Shown: piece after piece, positions 49,179-59,366 of the stretch
How positions within the stretch are numbered: the stretch's first letter is position 1
How the letters are laid out: every line of letters starts with the position of its first letter
Origin: an uncultured delta proteobacterium
Lineage (GTDB): Bacteria; Desulfobacterota; Binatia; DP-6
Reading direction: 5' to 3'
Assembly (NCBI GenBank): GCA_963815115.1
Contig: CAWFFN010000005.1
Span: 448,001-512,000, forward strand
Length of the DNA stretch: 64,000 nucleotides
Position numbers and translations under genes: made by a program
The notes under the pieces: generated by a model
Told to the model about the DNA's origin: nothing
The model's input: the letters and a program-made list of their open reading frames with translations, nothing else
The model's database searches: none

Positions 49179-50297
49179 GTGCCGCCGCCTCCCCGGGTCA
49201 GCGTCGTCGTCCCGAGCTACAACGCGGAGCGCTTCCTCCCCGCCGCGCTCGACAGCGCGCTCGCGCAGACAGGGGTCGCGCTCGAGGTGGTGGTCGTCGA
49301 CGACGGGTCGAGCGACGGCACCGGCGTGATCCTCCAGCGTTACGCCGACCGCATCCGGGCCATGCACCAGGACCATCGCGGACCCGCCGCGGCGCGCAAC
49401 GCGGCCATCCGCGACGCGCACGGCGAGTACGTCGCCCTGCTCGACGCCGACGATCGCTTCCGCCCCGGCAAGCTGGCACGCCAGGTGGCCGTGCTCGACG
49501 CCCAGCCCGACGTCGGGATCGTCTACACGGGCTGGGACGTCGTCGACGGCGATGGCAGCCCGCTGCCGCATCAGGGCTGGTCACGCGACGAGGGCGACGT
49601 GCTTCCCCGGCTGCTCCTCGGCAACCTCGCCCATCCGGTCGCGGTCCTGCTGCGGCGCGCGCAGATCCTGGACGCCGGCGGCTTCGACGAGACCCTGCAG
49701 GTGAACGAGGACTGGGACCTCTTCCTCCGTCTCACCCTGCGCGGGGCGCGCTGGGCGTGCGTCGATGCGCCGCTGTGCGAGTACCGCGTGCACGGAGGGC
49801 AGAGCCATCGCCGTGCGCAGCTCGTCTACCTGACGCGGCTGCGCATCCTCGAAGGCTTCTTCGCACGTCCGGACCTCCCCGCCGAAGCGCGCGCGGTGCG
49901 GGCCGCTGCGTTCCACGAGGCCCACCTCGTGGGGGCCGCGGAGCTCTTCGCCGCCGGACGGCAGGCCGCGGCGCAGGCCGCGTTCCTCGCCGCCATCCGC
50001 GTCCGTCCGGAAAGCCTGCGGGACCCGCGGACGATGCGGCGTTTCGCCCGCCTCCTGCAGCCGACGGGCTGGCAGCACCAGACCGTGGCGGCGGGGGGCT
50101 GGCGCGACGTCATGCGGACGCTGTGGGGAGCGGTCGAGGCGACGCTCGCGACGCCGGGCCTCGAGGAGGAGATCGCCGGCCAGCGCTGGGCCGCGCGCGG
50201 GGCGGTGTTGCGCACGGGCGCGCGACTGCTGCGCAAGCGCCTCGGGCGCACGGAGCCGATCGCGGCGCCGGTTGCGCCGCGCCAGAGCGACCGGTAG
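49179..50297 (+). CDS. GT2 family glycosyltransferase
   Basis: VSVVVPSYN, VVDDGSSD, ARNAAI, LDADD, GGFDE and EDWDL motifs; start uncertain. Confidence 0.92.
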   Translation: MPPPPRVSVVVPSYNAERFLPAALDSALAQTGVALEVVVVDDGSSDGTGVILQRYADRIRAMHQDHRGPAAARNAAIRDAHGEYVALLDADDRFRPGKLARQVAVLDAQPDVGIVYTGWDVVDGDGSPLPHQGWSRDEGDVLPRLLLGNLAHPVAVLLRRAQILDAGGFDETLQVNEDWDLFLRLTLRGARWACVDAPLCEYRVHGGQSHRRAQLVYLTRLRILEGFFARPDLPAEARAVRAAAFHEAHLVGAAELFAAGRQAAAQAAFLAAIRVRPESLRDPRTMRRFARLLQPTGWQHQTVAAGGWRDVMRTLWGAVEATLATPGLEEEIAGQRWAARGAVLRTGARLLRKRLGRTEPIAAPVAPRQSDR

Positions 50298-50314
50298 ACG
50301 TCCGCGCGCTTCCG

Positions 50315-51937
50315 ATGCCGCAGAGCGTACTCGTGATCGGGCTCGACGGCGCCTGCTGGCGGCTCTTCCTGCCCTGGGTCCGTTCCGGGCGCATGCCGGC
50401 GCTCGCCGCCCTGATGGAGCGCGGCGCGTGGGGACCGCTCGCCTCCACGGTGCCGGCGCTGACGCTCCCGGCCTGGTCGTCCTTCATGACGGGCAAGAAC
50501 CCCGGCGGGCACGGCGTGTACGCGTTCCATCGCATGGCGTTCGACCGCTACGACTCGGCCGGGCTCGCGAACGCCGCCGACCTGCGAGCGACCCGCATCT
50601 GGGACGTGGCCGCGCGGGACGGCAAGCGCGTCGGCGTGATCAACCTGCCCCCGTCGTACCCGCTGCGGCCGATCCCGAACGGCTACCTCGTGAGCTGCAT
50701 GCTGACGCCGCCGGGCGAGCGCTACGCCGATCCGCCCGAGGTCGCCGACGAGCTGGGCGAGTACGAGATCGACCTGCCACCGCCGAAGGGGCTGCGGCGC
50801 GGCCTGCCCGACTATGGCGAGCGGGCGCTCGCCTACCTCGCCGGCATGCGCCGGCAGACGCGGCTGCGCGGCGAGGCGACGCTGCGCGTGATGGAGCGCA
50901 GGCCGACCGACGCCACGTGCGTGGTCTTCTATGCGCCCGACCGCGTGCAGCACTATTTCTGGGAATACGTCGATCCCGAGCACCCGGCTCCGGACGGCGC
51001 GCTCGACGAGCCCGTGCGGGCCGCGCTGCTCGCGGTCTACGACGAGCTCGACCGGGCCGTCGGCCGGCTGGTGGACGCGGCGGGACCCGAGGCGAACGTC
51101 GTCCTCCTCTCCGACCACGGCTTCGGGACCAAGCCGGAGCGCTCGGTGCGCGTCAACCGCTGGCTCGCCGATCGGGGCCTGCTCAGGCGCCATCCGCTCT
51201 GGACACTGCGCCGGCGCATCGTGCGCAAGACCTTCCCCGCGGCGTGGCGCGCGCGCTACGACACGCTCGATCACATCCTGGTGAACCGCCCGCGCAGCCG
51301 GGCGTGGAGCGAGGCGCTCTTCACCGGCACCGCCGGAATCTGGGTGCACGAGCGCGGCCGCTATCCGCTCGGCTGCGTCGAGCCGGGCGAGGAGTACGAG
51401 CGCGTCCGGACGCAGATCCTGGAGGGGCTGCGCGGGCTCACCGACCCGGGCGGCCACCGCGTGTTCCGCAACGTGCAGCGGCGGGAGGACCTGTACCGCG
51501 GGCCCTACGTCGCGACCGCGCCGGATCTGGTGGCGGTGTGCGAGTCGCGCTTCGGCATCATCTTCGAGAGCCTGCGCCGCGAGCTGCGCTCGCCCGAGCT
51601 CTTCGGGCCCTACGAGGAGCTCGGCTACACGGGCACGCACGACCCGAGCGGGCTCTACCTGCTCGCGGGCCCCGCCGTCGCGGCGCTCGGCGAGGGTCCC
51701 GAGTATCCCATCGAGGCCGTCGCGCCGACCGTCCTCCATCTGCTCGGCGTCCCGGTGCCGGCGGACTTCGAGGCGGCGGTGATGGCCGCCGCGCTGCGTC
51801 CGGAGTTCCTCGCGGCGCATCCCGTGCGCTCGCAGCCGGCCGTCGGCGACGCGGCGGCCGAGGCCGCAGGGTGGCGGTCGAGCGAGGACGAGGCGCACGT
51901 CGCCGAGCACCTGCGCGCGCTCGGCTACTTCGAGTGA
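50315..51937 (+). CDS. Alkaline phosphatase superfamily, type I phosphodiesterase/nucleotide pyrophosphatase-like protein
   Basis: VIGLDG, PAWSSFMTGKNPGGHG, DRVQH, SDHGF, GTH and LRALGY motifs. Confidence 0.9.
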   Translation: MPQSVLVIGLDGACWRLFLPWVRSGRMPALAALMERGAWGPLASTVPALTLPAWSSFMTGKNPGGHGVYAFHRMAFDRYDSAGLANAADLRATRIWDVAARDGKRVGVINLPPSYPLRPIPNGYLVSCMLTPPGERYADPPEVADELGEYEIDLPPPKGLRRGLPDYGERALAYLAGMRRQTRLRGEATLRVMERRPTDATCVVFYAPDRVQHYFWEYVDPEHPAPDGALDEPVRAALLAVYDELDRAVGRLVDAAGPEANVVLLSDHGFGTKPERSVRVNRWLADRGLLRRHPLWTLRRRIVRKTFPAAWRARYDTLDHILVNRPRSRAWSEALFTGTAGIWVHERGRYPLGCVEPGEEYERVRTQILEGLRGLTDPGGHRVFRNVQRREDLYRGPYVATAPDLVAVCESRFGIIFESLRRELRSPELFGPYEELGYTGTHDPSGLYLLAGPAVAALGEGPEYPIEAVAPTVLHLLGVPVPADFEAAVMAAALRPEFLAAHPVRSQPAVGDAAAEAAGWRSSEDEAHVAEHLRALGYFE

Positions 51938-51938
51938 T

Positions 51939-53135
51939 TCAGCGCGGCGCGCTCGCCGTCCCCAGCGCCACCGCCGGCGGCAGCCCGGCGCCCATCAGGT
52001 CGACGAAGTTGTCGCAGTAGAAGCGCTGCTTCGCCTCCTCCGGGACGCCGGCCAGGCTGGCCTCGAAGCGCCGGATCGGATTCCGCCCGCCCTCGACGTG
52101 CGGCCAGTCGGACGAGAAGAGGCAGACCTCGGGACCGGTCTGCTCGATGATCCAGCCGACGGGCTCGGTGGGGTAGGGGGTGACGCGGACCTGACGGCGA
52201 ACGTACTCGCTGGGCCTGAGCGCGAGCTTGCGCAGGCGCTCCTCGCCCTTGGCGAACGCCTCGAAGGCAGCCTCGAGCTGTCGCATCCAGCTCGGCAGCC
52301 AGATCGCGCCCTGCTCGATGACGCCCACCTTCAGGCGGGGGAAGCGATCGAAGATGCCGTCGAAGATCATGGTGGCGAGCGTCTGCATGGGCGGGTGGGG
52401 GATCGCCATGTAGTCGACGGAGCGAAAGTTCTCGGCGCCGCCGTGGAAGTCCGGCACCGGCGGCAGGCCGTTGTCGAAGTAGCGCGGCGAGAGCAGCTGG
52501 CCGCCGCCGCCGACGTGGAAGACGATCGGGAGGCCCGCTTCCTCGGCGACGGCCCAGACCGGAAACAGGCCGACGTGGCTCGGCGAGTGCGTCGCCGGGC
52601 AGGCGGACGGCACGAGCAGCGCCTGGCAGCCCATCGCCACCGCTTCCGCCGCCATCGTGCGGGCGCGTGCGAAGTCGGCGAGCGGGACGTATCCGACGGT
52701 CAGGAGCCGGCGATCGACGGCGCAGAAGTCGACCATGGCGCGGTTGTGCGCGCGCGCGAGGCCGTAGGCGAAGTCGCCGTCCGGCTCGTGCTCGGTCTGG
52801 CAGAGGTACTGGCTCAAGAACGTGTTGAACACCAGCTGGCTCGCGAAGCCGAGCAGGTCGAGGGCACGCGGCCGGTCCTCCTTCACGAACGAGCCCAGCG
52901 CGCTCCAGTTCTTGCGCAGCATGATCTCGGCCTCGGCCTGCGGCCGCTCGGCGGGATCGGCGTGCCGCCGCCGCAGCTCGTCGATGAAGGTCTCCTCACC
53001 GGGCTTGACGCGGCTCAGGTAGAGCGGCCGCATGCGCTCGCGGATTCCCGGATCGGCCCAGGGCACGAGCCAGTCGGGCGTCTCCACCACGTGGGAGTCG
53101 GCGTCGTGGATGGTGCGGCCTTCGGCGTAGGGCAT
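51939..53135 (-). CDS. Amidohydrolase family protein
   Basis: HDADSHVVE, FHVG, IEQGA and FSSDWPHVEGG motifs. Confidence 0.9.
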   Translation of the reverse strand: MPYAEGRTIHDADSHVVETPDWLVPWADPGIRERMRPLYLSRVKPGEETFIDELRRRHADPAERPQAEAEIMLRKNWSALGSFVKEDRPRALDLLGFASQLVFNTFLSQYLCQTEHEPDGDFAYGLARAHNRAMVDFCAVDRRLLTVGYVPLADFARARTMAAEAVAMGCQALLVPSACPATHSPSHVGLFPVWAVAEEAGLPIVFHVGGGGQLLSPRYFDNGLPPVPDFHGGAENFRSVDYMAIPHPPMQTLATMIFDGIFDRFPRLKVGVIEQGAIWLPSWMRQLEAAFEAFAKGEERLRKLALRPSEYVRRQVRVTPYPTEPVGWIIEQTGPEVCLFSSDWPHVEGGRNPIRRFEASLAGVPEEAKQRFYCDNFVDLMGAGLPPAVALGTASAPR

Positions 53136-53277
53136 GGGGGGACCTAACCGCGAGGGCTCGGGGGTCGTCAAGCGCGTGGCGTGACGATCGGCCCGGCTGG
53201 CGGCGGTACGGCGGGTGCTGTCCCCGTCGTGCCGCCGCGGACTCCTGACGGAGGATATCGGCGCGTGCGACCGGCGC

Positions 53278-54537
53278 TCAGTCCGCCTTGGCGGAGAACT
53301 TCGTGGGCTCGTTCGTCCCCGCGCTCGCGTGCGTCGTCTCCCAGCAGCCGCCTGCCGCCTGCAGCTGCACGCGGACCGGCATCGCGTAGGGCGGGTCATG
53401 GAGGATCGGGAGGCTCGATCCCTTGCCAGACGCGCTCAGCCGCGACTTCTCCACCGGACCGGCATACAGGACGATCTTGTTGATGCCGAGCTGTGACGAC
53501 GACTTGTCGGCATAGACGAACCCGTTCCCCTTCTTGGCGGCCTCCCAGCAGTCCTTGCCATCGCACGTCCCGCCGGCAGGGATGGGAGCGGCGAAGACCA
53601 GGCGGGGCGTGGCGTCGTAGATGCAGACGCGAACCGGATCCCCGTCGAGCGGGTCGCCGAATTCGGATGGGGCGACCGCGTCGCCCTTGCCGAGCTTCCA
53701 CTTGAAGATCTTCTTGTCCGCCTTCGTCTTGAGAACGACCGCACCCGCCTTCCCGCCGCTCGCGACGGAGCCCTTGCAGTTGGGGAGCGGTGCCGCAGCG
53801 CAGGAGCCGGGGCCGCCGCAATCGCCGAGGCCGGTGAGGGACGATTCGGAACTCACTTCCGGGGTTGGTGTCCCGAGCGCCCCGAGGCCTGGGATGGAGG
53901 GATTCACGAAACCAGCCTGGATGCAGAACTCGTCCGACAAGGGATCGTTTTCGACGACCTGTTTCGGTGTCTTGACGATGGCCGGCACGCCGGAGACGCC
54001 GGGAAAGTTGGCCTTGATCGCGTCGGCGACGTCTTTCGGGAAGGTCGAGCCGTCCAGCCAGAAGTCCGCGGGAATTTCCAGGAAGTTGTCCGTGGCGCAG
54101 AGGAAGACCGTGCGTCGCGGCTCGTTGTTGTCGCTGGCGCAGGTGTTGGTGTCGATGATGTCTTGCCCGCGCTCGCTGCAGCCGATGTTTCCTCCGAACG
54201 AGAACGTGAAGTCCGGAATGGTGAACGTGCTGCCATCCGACTTCTTGCCTGCCATGGCAACCGTCAGGCGTCGAGAGTCGTCGGGATCCGCCGAGATTCG
54301 GAGGCGCGCCGCAAAGCCGACCGTCGGCGCGAGGACGCATTGCGCGGACGGGCTCTGGCAGGACGTCTTGTCGAGGGCATCAGGGACGGTGCAGTTCCAG
54401 ATACACGGGGAGCCGTCGGTGCACCGGCCGAGCTGGTACTTCCGTTCGTCCGGACCCGGAGCGCCGGCCATGGCGTGCGTCCTAGCGCAGAGCGCAAGGA
54501 CGACGGCAGAGAGAACGATCCTCGCACGTCGAGTCAT
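53278..54537 (-). CDS. Secreted Cys-containing hypothetical protein with the shared C-terminal domain
   Basis: Signal peptide; AAAGGA RBS; last ~170 aa align with the C-terminus of 57354-59366. Confidence 0.8.
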   Translation of the reverse strand: MTRRARIVLSAVVLALCARTHAMAGAPGPDERKYQLGRCTDGSPCIWNCTVPDALDKTSCQSPSAQCVLAPTVGFAARLRISADPDDSRRLTVAMAGKKSDGSTFTIPDFTFSFGGNIGCSERGQDIIDTNTCASDNNEPRRTVFLCATDNFLEIPADFWLDGSTFPKDVADAIKANFPGVSGVPAIVKTPKQVVENDPLSDEFCIQAGFVNPSIPGLGALGTPTPEVSSESSLTGLGDCGGPGSCAAAPLPNCKGSVASGGKAGAVVLKTKADKKIFKWKLGKGDAVAPSEFGDPLDGDPVRVCIYDATPRLVFAAPIPAGGTCDGKDCWEAAKKGNGFVYADKSSSQLGINKIVLYAGPVEKSRLSASGKGSSLPILHDPPYAMPVRVQLQAAGGCWETTHASAGTNEPTKFSAKAD

Positions 54538-54713
54538 CTGGGGTCCTTTCTTCGTGAAGAGAGCTAGCTTGGTGCTGTACGCAACCCGCCTCGAGCTGTC
54601 AAGGTAATTGCCGGCTCTGTTCGGCGTGCGGCGACCTCACGGCCCAAACGCGGGCTCGGCCGGGAGGACGGTCTCGTTGACCGGCGGCGCACGCTCACAG
54701 TAGGACCACCGGG

Positions 54714-55712
54714 ATGAAGCTCGGCCTCATGGTCGGATACTGGATGTTCGGTCCGAACGATCCGTCGCCGCTCGCGCTCGAGGCGGAGCGGCTCGGCTAC
54801 GACTCGGTGTGGACCGCGGAGGCCTACGGCTCGGACGCCTTCTCGCCGCTCACCTGGATCGCCGCGCGCACCTCGCGCATCAAGCTGGGCACGGGGATCG
54901 TCCAGATCTCGGCGCGTACCCCGGCGTGCGTCGCGATGACCGCGATGACCATCGATCACCTCTCCGGCGGCCGCCTGATCCTCGGGCTCGGCGTCTCGGG
55001 GCCGCAGGTCGTCGAGGGATGGTACGGGCAGCCGTTCCCCAAGCCGCTCGGCCGCATGCGCGAGTACATCACGCTGCTCCGTCTGATGCTGAAGCGCGAG
55101 CAGCCGGTCACGTTCGACGGGGCGCACTACCAGCTGCCGCTGCGCGGCGGCTCGGGGCTGGGAAAGCCGCTCAAGCTCATCACCCGCCCGCTGCGCGAGC
55201 ACGTGCCGATCTACCTCGGCGCCGAGGGCCCGAAGAACATCGCCATGGCCACCGAGCTGTGCGACGGCTGGCTGCCGCTGTACTACTCGCCCTACCGGCC
55301 CGAGGTGTACGCGGACGCGCTGGGCGGTGCGAAGCCCGGATTCGAGATCGCCTGTCCGGTGACGGTGAACGTGAACGAGGACCTCGCGACGGCGTTGCTG
55401 CCCGTCAAGTACATGCTCGCCTTCTACATCGGCGGCATGGGCGCCAAGAAGCAGAACTTCCACGCCAACCTCGTGCGCCGCATGGGCTACGGCGAGGCCG
55501 TCGATCGCATCCAGGAGCTCTTCCTCGCCGGCCGGCGGGACGAGGCGGCCGCCGCGGTGCCCGACGACTTCGCCGACGAGATCTCGCTGGTGGGTCCGAA
55601 GGAACGCATCCGGGACCGCATCCAGATCTGGAAGCGGAGCGCGGTGACGACGCTGCTCGCCGGCACGGGCGACGTGCAGGCACTGCGGACGCTGGCGGAG
55701 GCGAGTGGCTGA
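54714..55712 (+). CDS. LLM-class (probably F420-dependent) oxidoreductase
   Basis: AERLGYDSVWTAEAYGSD, LSGGRLILGLGVSGPQVVEGWYG and YIGGMG motifs. Confidence 0.92.
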   Translation: MKLGLMVGYWMFGPNDPSPLALEAERLGYDSVWTAEAYGSDAFSPLTWIAARTSRIKLGTGIVQISARTPACVAMTAMTIDHLSGGRLILGLGVSGPQVVEGWYGQPFPKPLGRMREYITLLRLMLKREQPVTFDGAHYQLPLRGGSGLGKPLKLITRPLREHVPIYLGAEGPKNIAMATELCDGWLPLYYSPYRPEVYADALGGAKPGFEIACPVTVNVNEDLATALLPVKYMLAFYIGGMGAKKQNFHANLVRRMGYGEAVDRIQELFLAGRRDEAAAAVPDDFADEISLVGPKERIRDRIQIWKRSAVTTLLAGTGDVQALRTLAEASG

Positions 55713-55756
55713 CCGAGCACCTTGTTGGCCTGGCCTGGTTGTGCTATCCAGGTGTC

Positions 55757-56005
55757 ATGCCGAGGGTGAATTTGACCCTTGATACTGTAACGTTTGAACG
55801 GCTAGAGAAGCACGCCAGGCGACTGCGGAGGCCCTACGCCCGCCTGGTGACGGAGGTCCTGAAGGAGGGCCTCGACAGACGCGAGGCCGCCGAGCGGCGA
55901 ACGAAGCTCGCCCGCGACTATGCCGCCGGTCGAGCGGACGACGGATCCGTGCTCCGGGATCTCGAGGGGGCGCAGGACGAATTGCTCGATGATGAGGACG
56001 CCTGA
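55757..56005 (+). CDS. Putative RHH-type antitoxin
   Basis: RVNLTL beta-strand followed by helices, acidic C-terminus; overlaps the toxin start. Confidence 0.75.
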   Translation: MPRVNLTLDTVTFERLEKHARRLRRPYARLVTEVLKEGLDRREAAERRTKLARDYAAGRADDGSVLRDLEGAQDELLDDEDA

Positions 56006-56363
56006 GCCCGCGGAGGTTCGCCGTGGCGACGTCCTCTGGATCCGATGCGAGCCCTCCGTCGGTGTCGAACCCAGGAAGACGAGAACGTGTGTCGTGGTAT
56101 CGAACGACGTGGCAAACCGATACGGGCGAGCGATCACGGTCGTGCCGACTCAGGCATATAACGCCGAGCGCGCGCAGCGCGCCTACATCGTCGATCTGCG
56201 AAAGCCACGCTCGTCTCTCGATCAACCCCGGGTGGCCAACGCATCCATGGTGATGACCTACGACCGGGCCCGGGTCCTCAAGCGCGCAGGCCGCATCTCA
56301 TCGGAGGCTCGGCAGGCGCTGGACGAGGCGCTGCGCATCCATCTCGGGCTGAGAAGGCTCTGA
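55992..56363 (+). CDS. PemK/MazF family endoribonuclease toxin
   Basis: RRGDVLWI, PSVGVEPRKTRTCVVVSND, ITVVPT and LDEALRIHLGL motifs. Confidence 0.92.
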   Translation: MRTPEPAEVRRGDVLWIRCEPSVGVEPRKTRTCVVVSNDVANRYGRAITVVPTQAYNAERAQRAYIVDLRKPRSSLDQPRVANASMVMTYDRARVLKRAGRISSEARQALDEALRIHLGLRRL

Positions 56364-56425
56364 GCGCGCCGCCTTCGCGTTGACGGCGCGAAAGGCAGTT
56401 CGATATCGTCATCCTCGACCGCTCC

Positions 56426-57346
56426 ATGAACCCTCTCCGCGACATCGCCCGCCGCGTCTCCAACTGGGGTCGGTGGGGCGCCGAGGACGAGCGCGGCACC
56501 GTCAACTTCATCACTCCGGAGGTGATCCGCCATGGCGCCGGGTGCGTGAAGCGTGGGGTGGTGTTCAGCCTCGCCCTGCCGTTCGCCGGCGACGGCCCGC
56601 AGTTCGGCCAGGGGGGGCGCATCAATCCGGTGCACCTGATGACGTCGCTGCAGAATCAGCTCGGTCCCGATCCCGATGGCCCGCGCTACTCCGACGACGT
56701 CATCATGATGCCGCTGCAGTGCGCGACCCAGTGGGACTCGCTGGCGCACGTCCATTACGGCGGGCAGCTCTACAACGGTCACGCCGCGTCCACCCTCACG
56801 GCGGCGGGCGCCGCGCGCAACGGCATCGACAAGATGGCGGCGGGCATCGTGTCGCGGGGCGTGCTGCTCGATCTGGCGCGCGCCCAGGGCGTGGAGCGCC
56901 TGGCGCCGGGGCACGTGATCGTACCGGCCGCGCTCGAAGCGGCGGAGCGCGCCCAGGGCGTGCGCGTCGAGTCCGGCGACGTGCTCCTGGTGCGCACCGG
57001 CCACATGCGAGCCTTCACCGTCGATCGGGATCGGGTCGCCTACATGAAGCGGATGCCGGGACTGGGGGTGGCGTGCGTCGAGTGGCTGCACGCGCGCGAG
57101 GTCGCCGCGGTGGCCAGCGATACCAACATGGTCGAGGTCTTCCCGCTGGAAGATCCGGCCGTGATGCTGCCGGTGCACAGCCTGTGCATTCGCGACATGG
57201 GGCTCACCCTGGGGGAGATGTTCGACCTCGAGGCGCTCGCCGCCGACTGCGCGCAGGACGGGGCATGGACGTTTCTCTTCAGCGCCCCGCCGCTGCCCGT
57301 GACCGGGGGCGTCGGCTCGCCGATCAACCCGCTCGCGATCAAGTAG
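56426..57346 (+). CDS. Cyclase family (kynurenine formamidase-like) metallohydrolase
   Basis: NWGRWGAEDERGTVN, TQWDSLAH, RGVLLD, GDVLLVRTG and GSPINP motifs. Confidence 0.92.
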   Translation: MNPLRDIARRVSNWGRWGAEDERGTVNFITPEVIRHGAGCVKRGVVFSLALPFAGDGPQFGQGGRINPVHLMTSLQNQLGPDPDGPRYSDDVIMMPLQCATQWDSLAHVHYGGQLYNGHAASTLTAAGAARNGIDKMAAGIVSRGVLLDLARAQGVERLAPGHVIVPAALEAAERAQGVRVESGDVLLVRTGHMRAFTVDRDRVAYMKRMPGLGVACVEWLHAREVAAVASDTNMVEVFPLEDPAVMLPVHSLCIRDMGLTLGEMFDLEALAADCAQDGAWTFLFSAPPLPVTGGVGSPINPLAIK

Positions 57347-57353
57347 CACGCTC

Positions 57354-59366
57354 TCAGTCCGACTTGTCCTTCAGGATGCTTCCGTCCTGCTTGAGGAACG
57401 GCGCGCTGAAGTCCGAGCCCCAGCAGGTCGCAGCGCCGCTGCGATGGAGCCGCACGGCGAGCGGCCCCGCGAAGGCCGACGGCGCCGGCATCACCAGCGG
57501 ACCGCCCTTGCCCTTGAAGACGATCTTCGCCTTGCCGTCGATCAGTCCTTCCTTGAGCTGGATGGACTGGGTGCCGGTGGGTACGAGCGCCTTGTTCCTG
57601 TAGGCATAGCTCGTCGGCTTGGCGGTCCAGCAGGGCTTCCCCGCGCAGGTGCCGCCGTGCGCGGCCGTCGCGCTCGCGACCAGGGAGCCGCCGTCGTAGA
57701 GACAGAGGGCATAGTCGTCGCTCCCCGGCGGGTCGCCGAAGTCCGCCTTGGCGGTGGCCTGACCCGCCCACTTCCAGACCAGCTGATCGCCGGTGTCCGG
57801 CATCTTGTCCTTCAGCTGGAAGGACGACTTCGCGGTCTGGACGGTGGTCCGGCAGGTCGCGGGCGCCGGAGGGCAGAGCGTGCTGGGCCCGTTGGTGTTC
57901 TGCATGAGCACCACGACGTCGGCGATCTCGTCGCTCAGCGCGAGGTCGATGTCGCCGTCGTTGTCGAAGTCGACCAGCACGGCGCACGACGGATTCGAGG
58001 GCGCCTCGATGTCCTGGTTGAAGCTGAAGTGGCCGGCGCCGTCGTTCAAGTAGATGCGCCACAGCCCCGCGCTGTAGCTCGACAGTACCCAGTCGAGGTC
58101 GCCGTCGCCGTCGAGGTCGCCCAGGTCGCTGGCGGGGGTGTGATCGGGCATCGCTACCGTGACCGGTGCGGCGAGCGTCCCGTCGCCGTTGCCGCGCAGC
58201 AGCGCGCCGTTGGCGACTCCGGCGCCGCCCGCATTGGCGAGCGCCGCATCCATGTTCCCGTCGCCGTCGACGTCGCCCACGGCCACCTGCCAGGGCGGCC
58301 CCGCCGCATTCTGGGCCGGGCCCGCGGTGAGCGTGCCGTCGCCGTTGTTGCGCACGACGGTGGCCTTCATGTTGCCCACACAGCCGACCACCAGGTCGGT
58401 GATGCCGTCGTTGTCCATGTCGGCCGCGGCCATGCCCCAGGGGTTGCTGCATCCGGGGTCGAAGAACGTCGGCGGATCGCTGAACGTCCCGCTGCCGTCG
58501 TTCAGCAGCAGGGCGAGCGTGCTGTCGCCGGCGACGGCGTCGACGATGTCCATGTCGCCGTCCCCGTCCACGTCGAGCACGGCGACGCCGTGAGGCTGGT
58601 TGCCCGTGAGCACGGACTGCGAGCCGCTGAAGGTGCCGTCACCCTTGCCGTGGACGATCCACACGCCGCCGCTCTCGGTGGCGGAGACGGCGATGTCGAT
58701 CTTGCCGTCGTTGTCGAAGTCGCCGGGCTCGTTGGGGCTGGACTCGACGCCGACGGGCACCGGCGCGAGAAAGGGCTGCTGGTAGAGCCCCGAGCCGTCG
58801 CCGCGATTCAAGAACACGCGCAGGTCGGCGCTCACCTCGTTGACGGTGGCGAGATCGATCCAGCCGTCGCGGTCGAGGTCGGCCTGGACGGCGCCGTAGA
58901 TGCGAGTCTGGACCCCGTTCTTGCGGTTCGACATGACGTCGATCTGCTGGAAGTTCAGGGCGGCCGGCTGGGACCGGACGATGAACTCGAAGGCGAAGCC
59001 GGCGCTGCGCATCGGCGTGGCGTCGGCGGCATGCACGTCGTGTGACAGGTTCACGAGCACGGTCTCGCCGGCGGAGAAGGGCTTCGACGGCGTGAAGGTG
59101 AGCGTCTGGTTGCCGTTCGAGAACGCGACGGTGCCCGTCGCCGTCCCGGTGGCGCGTCCGAAGACCCGGAAGCTCGACGAGTCGATCGACGAGGTCTGCA
59201 ACGCCTGGTCGAAGGTCACGGAGATCGCGGTGCCGGCGGGAGCGAACGTGTGCCGCACCGGAACCGTCGACACCACGTTGGGCTGCGCGCCGAGGGCCGC
59301 ATGCGCCGCGATCAGGCTCAGCGCGGTCCCGAGGACGGTCGCCCGGACGCGATGGTGGCTCTGCAT
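57354..59366 (-). CDS. Secreted Ig-like (Big_5) plus FG-GAP/VCBS-repeat protein with the shared C-terminal domain
   Basis: Signal peptide; ISVTFDQAL and TLTFTP; six DxDxDGxxD repeats; GGGGAG RBS. Confidence 0.9.
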   Translation of the reverse strand: MQSHHRVRATVLGTALSLIAAHAALGAQPNVVSTVPVRHTFAPAGTAISVTFDQALQTSSIDSSSFRVFGRATGTATGTVAFSNGNQTLTFTPSKPFSAGETVLVNLSHDVHAADATPMRSAGFAFEFIVRSQPAALNFQQIDVMSNRKNGVQTRIYGAVQADLDRDGWIDLATVNEVSADLRVFLNRGDGSGLYQQPFLAPVPVGVESSPNEPGDFDNDGKIDIAVSATESGGVWIVHGKGDGTFSGSQSVLTGNQPHGVAVLDVDGDGDMDIVDAVAGDSTLALLLNDGSGTFSDPPTFFDPGCSNPWGMAAADMDNDGITDLVVGCVGNMKATVVRNNGDGTLTAGPAQNAAGPPWQVAVGDVDGDGNMDAALANAGGAGVANGALLRGNGDGTLAAPVTVAMPDHTPASDLGDLDGDGDLDWVLSSYSAGLWRIYLNDGAGHFSFNQDIEAPSNPSCAVLVDFDNDGDIDLALSDEIADVVVLMQNTNGPSTLCPPAPATCRTTVQTAKSSFQLKDKMPDTGDQLVWKWAGQATAKADFGDPPGSDDYALCLYDGGSLVASATAAHGGTCAGKPCWTAKPTSYAYRNKALVPTGTQSIQLKEGLIDGKAKIVFKGKGGPLVMPAPSAFAGPLAVRLHRSGAATCWGSDFSAPFLKQDGSILKDKSD

